Shown here: positions 46,775-52,513 of the stretch, one piece after another
Numbering within the stretch: position 1 is the stretch's first letter
How the letters are laid out: every line of letters starts with the position of its first letter
Source: a virus
Lineage: Duplodnaviria > Caudoviricetes
Length of the DNA stretch: 52,513 nt
Reading direction: 5' to 3' (one strand)
IMG/VR virus record: IMGVR_UViG_3300025151_000049
Span: 1 to 52,513 of that record
Position numbers and translations under genes: made by a program
Notes under the pieces: generated by a model
The model's database searches: none
Told to the model about the DNA's origin: nothing
What the model saw: the letters and a program-made list of their open reading frames with translations, nothing else

Positions 46775-47614
46775 ATGAATAACGAAGAAAGTAGCAACTC
46801 AACACACTATAGTGAAGACCCTACTACCGATTTTTTTGAAGCAATGGAGAAAGATGTAAACTCTATGGTTTCTGAAGAATCACAAACTAAACCAACTGAA
46901 GAGAAAACCCTCGGTACAGCTACTAACAAAGCAAGAGGCCCTCAAAGAACAGATTGGAAGAAGAGGTACCAAGATTCTAGCAGAGAAGCTAAACGTATGC
47001 ATAGTGAAATGCAGGAATTGAAACCTTATGCAGCCATCATACAAGCTATGAAACAGGATGGCGGACTTGTGGAACATGTTAGAGGATATTTAACAAATGG
47101 AGGTGGGAGCGCTTCAATACAAGACCAATTAGGTCTACCAGAAGATTATGAATTTGATGCTAATGAACTTGGTGATCCAAATTCAGATTCATCTAAAGTA
47201 TTGAATGCTCACGTAGACAGCTTAGTTCAAAGTAGATTACAACAACATAATCAAGCTCAAGCTCAAGAGATGAATAAGCAAAGAATTGCTCAAGCTAGAA
47301 TGGCTGAAGAGAAAAAATTCAGAGCTAATCATCCAGACATGAGTGATGAAGAATATGAAGTTATGATACAACAAGCTAGTTCACATAGACTTTCATTAGA
47401 AGATATTCATTATATCTTAAACAGAGATTCGGCCAATAACAAGGTAGCGACTAATGTTAAGAAAGATATGGTAGAGCAAATGAAAAATGCTCGGAACATT
47501 CCAACAAGTACAAGCGGATTAAATTCTGCTCCTACTGACAGAAATCCTAATGATAGTATTTTTGACACGTTAAAAGGAGTAGATGAGGAACTTGATAACT
47601 TGTTTGGCGAATAA
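46775..47614 (+). CDS. Capsid scaffolding protein
   Basis: Acidic, helical; WKKRYQDSSREAKR; lies between portal and capsid. Confidence 0.7.
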   Translation: MNNEESSNSTHYSEDPTTDFFEAMEKDVNSMVSEESQTKPTEEKTLGTATNKARGPQRTDWKKRYQDSSREAKRMHSEMQELKPYAAIIQAMKQDGGLVEHVRGYLTNGGGSASIQDQLGLPEDYEFDANELGDPNSDSSKVLNAHVDSLVQSRLQQHNQAQAQEMNKQRIAQARMAEEKKFRANHPDMSDEEYEVMIQQASSHRLSLEDIHYILNRDSANNKVATNVKKDMVEQMKNARNIPTSTSGLNSAPTDRNPNDSIFDTLKGVDEELDNLFGE

Positions 47615-47657
47615 CTAATTTAATAGCCAGACTTAAAAACATGAAAGGGAGTCTATT

Positions 47658-49172
47658 ATGGCTTTAAACGATTATGTACAGTTATCGGAATTAGGACAAG
47701 CGGATGTGCTTTCGAATGGTCCTGGTACTTCAACAGCTAATGTTGATACTGGTGATCTTCGTAGAAAGTATAACTTTGGTGACAGAGTTTCTGAACTTTC
47801 GATTGCACAAGATCCTTTTTTCCGATTTGTATCAAAAGTAGGTAAAAAACCTACAGACGATCCTTCTTTCAAATTTACTGAAAAAAGAGGGTCATATCAT
47901 AAAAGATATGCATATGTTGGTGCAGCAAAAAACAATTCTGGATCTTGGGTTACAACTTCTGACCTAGGTGCAGCTCCTGCTGTTTCGGACACATTGTATG
48001 TTCGTATGATAACAGACTATAAAAATTCTGGAAACCTTCAGAATGTTTATGGTAACACAGCAAACGATTTTGCAATTGGTGCTTCTGGCACTATGCCAAA
48101 ATTCTTTTTAGCTGGTCAATTAGTAAAAATACCTATGGCAGCTTCTGCAGGTGGTGATGTTACAGATTATCTTATTGGTAAAGTTGCAGCAACTCCAGTT
48201 GAATATGCTTATGCAGGTTCAGGTGATGACGCAACTGGCACATCAGCAAATCCTGATATGGTAGAATTACAATTAACAGTTATAAAAGCAGGTACTCGAT
48301 ACTTATCTGTATCAGCAAATATAGATGATGGAAATTATGTTCAAGCTACTAAAGAAATAGCAGCTACATTAGAACCACAAAGAACTTATGTTGTTGGTAC
48401 TGCTCACGCTGAAGGTTCTGGTTATCCTGAAACATGGATGGATCAACCATACTCTACTCAATATGGTGTTACTCAGATTTTTAAAACATCATGTGCTATG
48501 ACTAATACTGCAAGAGCAACGTCTCTTAAATATGAGTCTAATGAGTGGGCTAGAATCTGGAAAGAAAAGCTAATTGAGCATAAGTTTGATATTGAAACTT
48601 CGTTGTTATTTGGTACTCAAAGTGAAACTTATAACACAACACAAGGTGCTGTAGATTATATTCTTAATTATGGTAATCAATTTAGTTTAGACACAGCAAC
48701 TAAGACTTCTGATGATTTCTTAGATGATATGTCTAACTACATGGATCCAAGATATAACTCTCAAAGCGCTAATGTTTTCTTCTGTAATACAGCAGTATAT
48801 AACTGGTTACATAAAATGGGTGGATACTTCAAGAATAATCTTGAAATTTCTTCTAATTTTAGATCAGACATTGCTATGACTGGTAAGAAAAAAGTGTTTG
48901 GTGTAGATATTACTACATTCTCAACACCTTATGGTGACATGAATGTTGCAAGAAATATCCACTTAGATGGAACTAACATTAAAATGCTTGGTATTGATAT
49001 GAAGCATTGCGCGTATCGTCCACTTGTGGGCAACGGTGTTAACAGAGATACTTCAGTTTATGTAGGTGTGCAAACACTTGAAAACTCAGGTATTGACCGT
49101 AGAGTTGACTTAATCTTAACTGAAGCTGGGATGGAATGGGCTATGCCTGAATCTCACGCTATTTGGTTATAA
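47658..49172 (+). CDS. Major capsid protein (HK97 fold, with insertion)
   Basis: 504 aa after the scaffold; TQIFKT...T.TARA and EHKFDIETSLLFG resemble podovirus MCP motifs. Confidence 0.8.
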   Translation: MALNDYVQLSELGQADVLSNGPGTSTANVDTGDLRRKYNFGDRVSELSIAQDPFFRFVSKVGKKPTDDPSFKFTEKRGSYHKRYAYVGAAKNNSGSWVTTSDLGAAPAVSDTLYVRMITDYKNSGNLQNVYGNTANDFAIGASGTMPKFFLAGQLVKIPMAASAGGDVTDYLIGKVAATPVEYAYAGSGDDATGTSANPDMVELQLTVIKAGTRYLSVSANIDDGNYVQATKEIAATLEPQRTYVVGTAHAEGSGYPETWMDQPYSTQYGVTQIFKTSCAMTNTARATSLKYESNEWARIWKEKLIEHKFDIETSLLFGTQSETYNTTQGAVDYILNYGNQFSLDTATKTSDDFLDDMSNYMDPRYNSQSANVFFCNTAVYNWLHKMGGYFKNNLEISSNFRSDIAMTGKKKVFGVDITTFSTPYGDMNVARNIHLDGTNIKMLGIDMKHCAYRPLVGNGVNRDTSVYVGVQTLENSGIDRRVDLILTEAGMEWAMPESHAIWL

Positions 49173-49183
49173 GGAGGTTAATT

Positions 49184-49498
49184 ATGGCAATTCCAATGTA
49201 TGGACAAAACAAACAAGGTGATAATTTAAACTTATTTGCCAATGCTTTGTTAGCGTCTAAAACACATGATTATGGAAGTTTAGGTGACGAAGCTGACGAA
49301 GCTACAACAGTAGATTGTCCTGGCGCTGCTTTAGGTGATTTTGCATTAGCTTCTTTAAGCATAGATAATGAAGACATTATTATGTCTGCATCTGTCTCTG
49401 CTGCTGATGTAGTTACTGTAAATGCTAAAAACATTGGTGGCACCACTAAGGATTTAGGGTCTGCTACTATTCGTGTTTTAGTTATTAAAAAAGCATAG
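49184..49498 (+). CDS. Putative capsid decoration protein (start revised to MAIPMYGQ)
   Basis: AAGGAGG RBS; PGAALGDF...VSAADVVTV beta pattern; directly after MCP. Confidence 0.55.
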   Translation: MAIPMYGQNKQGDNLNLFANALLASKTHDYGSLGDEADEATTVDCPGAALGDFALASLSIDNEDIIMSASVSAADVVTVNAKNIGGTTKDLGSATIRVLVIKKA

Positions 49499-49508
49499 GA
49501 GGTAGATA

Positions 49509-49931
49509 ATGGCTGACGGAAGTGGAACTAAGATAGCTGGCAGAGCAAATTATCAAACTGGAGAATATATCTTCAAAATGAATGATTCTGCAGCTTCTAC
49601 ACATAACCTAGAACCTGGAGATAGTGGAAAAACTTATTTAGTTCATTGCACTGTTGCCAGAACAATTAATTTACCAGCACCAACAGCTGGAGTTAGTTAC
49701 AAATTTGTTGTAACTGATTCTACTGCTGAAAGTACTATTAATGCTGAAAGTACTCAGTTATATGGAGTATTTACAGATGATAACGATTCAACTAATATGG
49801 CTGGAAGCACTACTATTACTATTGGTACTAGTGCTGCTTTAGGTGATTGGTTAGAGTTAGTTAGTGATGGTACTAACTGGTATGTTAAAGGTCAGTGTCA
49901 GCATGCAAGTGCAGGATTTACTGTAAGTTAG
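49509..49931 (+). CDS. Putative minor capsid/decoration protein
   Basis: DSGKTY...LPAP.AG...GDWLELVSDGTNWYV beta-rich pattern; AGGAGG RBS. Confidence 0.55.
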   Translation: MADGSGTKIAGRANYQTGEYIFKMNDSAASTHNLEPGDSGKTYLVHCTVARTINLPAPTAGVSYKFVVTDSTAESTINAESTQLYGVFTDDNDSTNMAGSTTITIGTSAALGDWLELVSDGTNWYVKGQCQHASAGFTVS

Positions 49932-49955
49932 TATCTTAGTAATCATAAATTGTTC

Positions 49956-49998
49956 TGCCCCCCGCTGGGATTCTTCTCTCCCCCTGGGGGGTGGGGCA
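49956..49998 (+). terminator. GC-rich hairpin after the capsid cluster
   Basis: TGCCCC/GGGGCA outer stem and GGGA/TCCC inner stem; no U-tract, so termination is uncertain. Confidence 0.4.
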
Positions 49999-50011
49999 AA
50001 TAAAGGATAAA

Positions 50012-50752
50012 ATGACAATATTAGAAAAAACAAAACAATTAGTTCCAGAAGGTGTAGACGAAGTATCTGATGACTTTATTTTATCTTCATTAGAGGCAGG
50101 AGCTATAGAAATAAGTAATAGAGTTTTAGCTTTAAAACCAGCTGAATTGCCATTATTTTCAGAAACTAAAACAGTTGAAGATGAAAATGGTGTGTTAGTA
50201 TCTGGTGAAATTGTATCTGTTGTTAGGGAAAATGGTACAAAAGGGAATTATGAGCCTTGTAGTATTGTTGAGCCAACATTTAGATTTAAAGTAACAGATA
50301 CAGAGAGTTTGTTTTATAAGTCAAAATTTAATCCAGGATTTTATATTATACAAAAAGATAAAGAATTAGACCATACAGATACTTCAGGAACATCGGATGA
50401 TGGATCGTTTGAAGAGGGAGTAAGATTATATATTGTACCGTCACCTTCTTATGAAGAATCAACAACATATGAAAGAGGTTATGTTACAATAAGAAAAACA
50501 GATTATGTTATTGACAGTGATTCAGAAAATTTACTATATTTTCCTAGTAAATATGAATACTTATTGCCTTTATATGCAGCAATAAAGATTATTGAACATA
50601 AATTAAATCAATTAACATTTGAAGATGAAGATCAAGAATTGACAGAAACAATAGAAAAAGCAATGGAAAGTTACCTAACTCAATATACTAATGCATTTGC
50701 ATATATGGGTTCTACAACATCAGCTAAAAAAGGAGATGATGATGAAAGTTAA
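50012..50752 (+). CDS. Putative head-tail adaptor/ring protein (start revised to MTILEK)
   Basis: AAGGA RBS; FPSKYEYLLPLYAA helical C-terminal pattern typical of adaptors. Confidence 0.5.
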   Translation: MTILEKTKQLVPEGVDEVSDDFILSSLEAGAIEISNRVLALKPAELPLFSETKTVEDENGVLVSGEIVSVVRENGTKGNYEPCSIVEPTFRFKVTDTESLFYKSKFNPGFYIIQKDKELDHTDTSGTSDDGSFEEGVRLYIVPSPSYEESTTYERGYVTIRKTDYVIDSDSENLLYFPSKYEYLLPLYAAIKIIEHKLNQLTFEDEDQELTETIEKAMESYLTQYTNAFAYMGSTTSAKKGDDDES

Positions 50753-51023
50753 AGAATTAATGGAAAGAGTAGGTAGCAATCAAACTGGTAGAATAATTGC
50801 TTATATAAAAGATGGATTAAAAGAAATAAATGTATTATCAGAAACACATATTAGAAATGCTAAAATAGATATAACAGCAGATAAAAGGTTTTATGAGTTT
50901 CCTAATGAAATGTTAAAAATATTAGAAATTAGATGTAAAAATCATTTAAACAGTAAAGATGAGTATAGACAAGTCCCAAGACTTATATATGAACCTACTG
51001 TTAAAGATGCAGATGGAGTATAA
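50742..51023 (+). CDS. Small putative neck/adaptor protein (start likely MKVKEL)
   Basis: AAGGAG RBS; YIKDGLKEI...FYEFP. Confidence 0.5.
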   Translation: MKVKELMERVGSNQTGRIIAYIKDGLKEINVLSETHIRNAKIDITADKRFYEFPNEMLKILEIRCKNHLNSKDEYRQVPRLIYEPTVKDADGV

Positions 51024-51689
51024 ATGGCTGTAAAACAATACGCATATTATATAAAAGGCAATAAATTTGCTATAGTAGAAAAAGATACAGAATTTGATAA
51101 TGATGTAAATAGTAAAGATTATGGTCCTGGTTCTGCTAGATCTCAATGGAAATCACCTAAAACAAGTGTGACAGATGGTATAGAATTGCAATATGTATAT
51201 AGTCCTGAATATAGAATAAATGATATTGATCATACTAATAATATTACTACTATAACGGAAGATGGTTATGGTAAAATTAGATTAACATTAGAAAGTTCTG
51301 TATCTCCTGCTCTTAGTAAAGGAGATTACATAGTTATAGATGGTCATAAAAATTTAAATGGACCTCATAAAGTTGCTCAAGATGCTTCTAGTACTAGCGT
51401 ATTTTTAACTACAAAATATAATGGAGGTGTTCAAAACTTTACTGGTACTTTACCATTTATTTATGAAGATGTAAGTTATTTGTCTGATGAAGATTCTCAA
51501 ATTGATCTTCCAGAATACCTTACAAATGCTTTAGTTTACTATGTAAAAGCTAAATTAGCAGAAGATATGAGAGATATGGATGGGAGAGAGTATTTTTTAA
51601 GAGAATTTAAAAGAATTTTAGAAAAACATAACAATACTCGTGTTGCAGGTGTTAGAAGAATGGCAACAGGAGTTCATTCAATAAGATAA
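51024..51689 (+). CDS. Putative adaptor/ring protein
   Basis: IDLPEYLTNALVYYVKAKL pattern, similar to the 50012 protein. Confidence 0.5.
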   Translation: MAVKQYAYYIKGNKFAIVEKDTEFDNDVNSKDYGPGSARSQWKSPKTSVTDGIELQYVYSPEYRINDIDHTNNITTITEDGYGKIRLTLESSVSPALSKGDYIVIDGHKNLNGPHKVAQDASSTSVFLTTKYNGGVQNFTGTLPFIYEDVSYLSDEDSQIDLPEYLTNALVYYVKAKLAEDMRDMDGREYFLREFKRILEKHNNTRVAGVRRMATGVHSIR

Positions 51690-51734
51690 ACGAGCCTATT
51701 CACGCACAGCCAGTGCTTAGGGCAGGAGGTAAAT

Positions 51735-52100
51735 ATGGCAGGTATAAGACCAGGTGGAGCACAACATTTCACCGTACAAGAAGCACAAAATACAACTTTA
51801 GGACAAGTTGGATCAATGTTCAATGATGGAACGTCAGCAATGGTGGCTCCAACAGGACATGTATTTGTAGCAATCACATTTATAACAGATACTACTTTTG
51901 ATTCATCTGGTGGTTTAATATCAGTAGATTCAGATAGATTTGTAAATACTGAAGCTGCAGCTAATCCGCTTGATGGAAGTTCTGGTGGTTTAGCATTAGA
52001 TAATAGTAATACTTTTCCAGCAGGAATGACTATTTATGGTAGATGGACCGAAATAGATCCCGCAACTGGTTCTGGATTAATTGCTTATATAGGTAAATAG
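51735..52100 (+). CDS. Putative structural protein
   Basis: 121 aa; AGGAGG RBS; FPAGMTIYGRW...IAY. Confidence 0.55.
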   Translation: MAGIRPGGAQHFTVQEAQNTTLGQVGSMFNDGTSAMVAPTGHVFVAITFITDTTFDSSGGLISVDSDRFVNTEAAANPLDGSSGGLALDNSNTFPAGMTIYGRWTEIDPATGSGLIAYIGK

Positions 52101-52101
52101 T

Positions 52102-52513
52102 ATGCCAAAATTAGGAATAGGCGCATCTATGACTTCATCAGGTCTAATAACACCTGGTATAGTAACAGATGACCTCGTACTAAAGCATAAATATGATGCA
52201 GGCAGTGTAATACCTGTAAGTGACGGTGCTGCATTTTTTGATGGTTCTAATGATTATATTGTAGCTGATGGAACTTCTATAGACTTTGGAACTAATGATT
52301 TTACTTTAAGTTTATGGTTTCATCCTGTAGGAGATAATACTGAAACTTATTTTATGTCTCAACATGCAAGTAATGACGATAGGTGGTATTTTAGATTAAA
52401 CAGTGATGGTAAAGTTCATTTTTATAGTAAAATTGATGGAACTGGCGCAATAGCATTAACTGGAACTAATGTTGTAGATGCTAATTCTTGGAATCATATT
52501 GTTTTTTCTGTTG
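52102..52513 (+). CDS. LamG-domain protein, 3'-truncated (not in ORF track)
   Basis: MPKLGIG...FDGSNDYI...FGTNDFTLSLWF...WNHIVF; open to the window end. Confidence 0.7.
   Translation, partial: MPKLGIGASMTSSGLITPGIVTDDLVLKHKYDAGSVIPVSDGAAFFDGSNDYIVADGTSIDFGTNDFTLSLWFHPVGDNTETYFMSQHASNDDRWYFRLNSDGKVHFYSKIDGTGAIALTGTNVVDANSWNHIVFSV

Noticed and set aside
1059-51877. Short antisense or alternate-frame ORFs nested in long genes (e.g. 7583-7924, 13582-13773, 23077-23358, 42582-43378, 28888-29354)
   Set aside because: Shadow ORFs of real genes or of structured regions, without RBS or recognisable motifs.
1-52513. CRISPR array, integrase, diversity-generating retroelement or stop-codon recoding
   Set aside because: No spaced repeats, recombinase or RT motifs seen; genes are long and densely packed in the standard code.

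Overview
AT-rich (roughly 30% GC by eye) tailed dsDNA phage, probably a near-complete, circularly permuted genome of podovirus-like architecture; both window ends fall inside LamG-type proteins. A + strand arm (39025 to 52513, continuing 1 to 25372) holds TerS, TerL, a P22-like portal, scaffold, major capsid, adaptor, tail and LamG proteins, a metallophosphoesterase, and putative ejected proteins. One of these is a 3060-aa protein with a DFDGD catalytic motif and RdRP-like upstream motifs, a probable crAss/phi14:2-type virion RNA polymerase. A - strand arm (38823 to 25425) holds small early-type genes and a replication block (ERF, SSB, AEP primase-helicase, resolvase-like nuclease; no recognisable DNA polymerase). 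Its most striking element is an apparently complete phage-encoded ubiquitin-like conjugation cassette: Ubl ending GG-DQ, E2-like protein, JAB peptidase and E1/ThiF, with a spore-photoproduct-lyase-like radical SAM gene inserted. Many - strand intergenic spaces carry structured RNA-like elements, and a sigma70-like TTG-N18-TA promoter motif recurs five times. All calls come from reading motifs by eye; no database searches were run.
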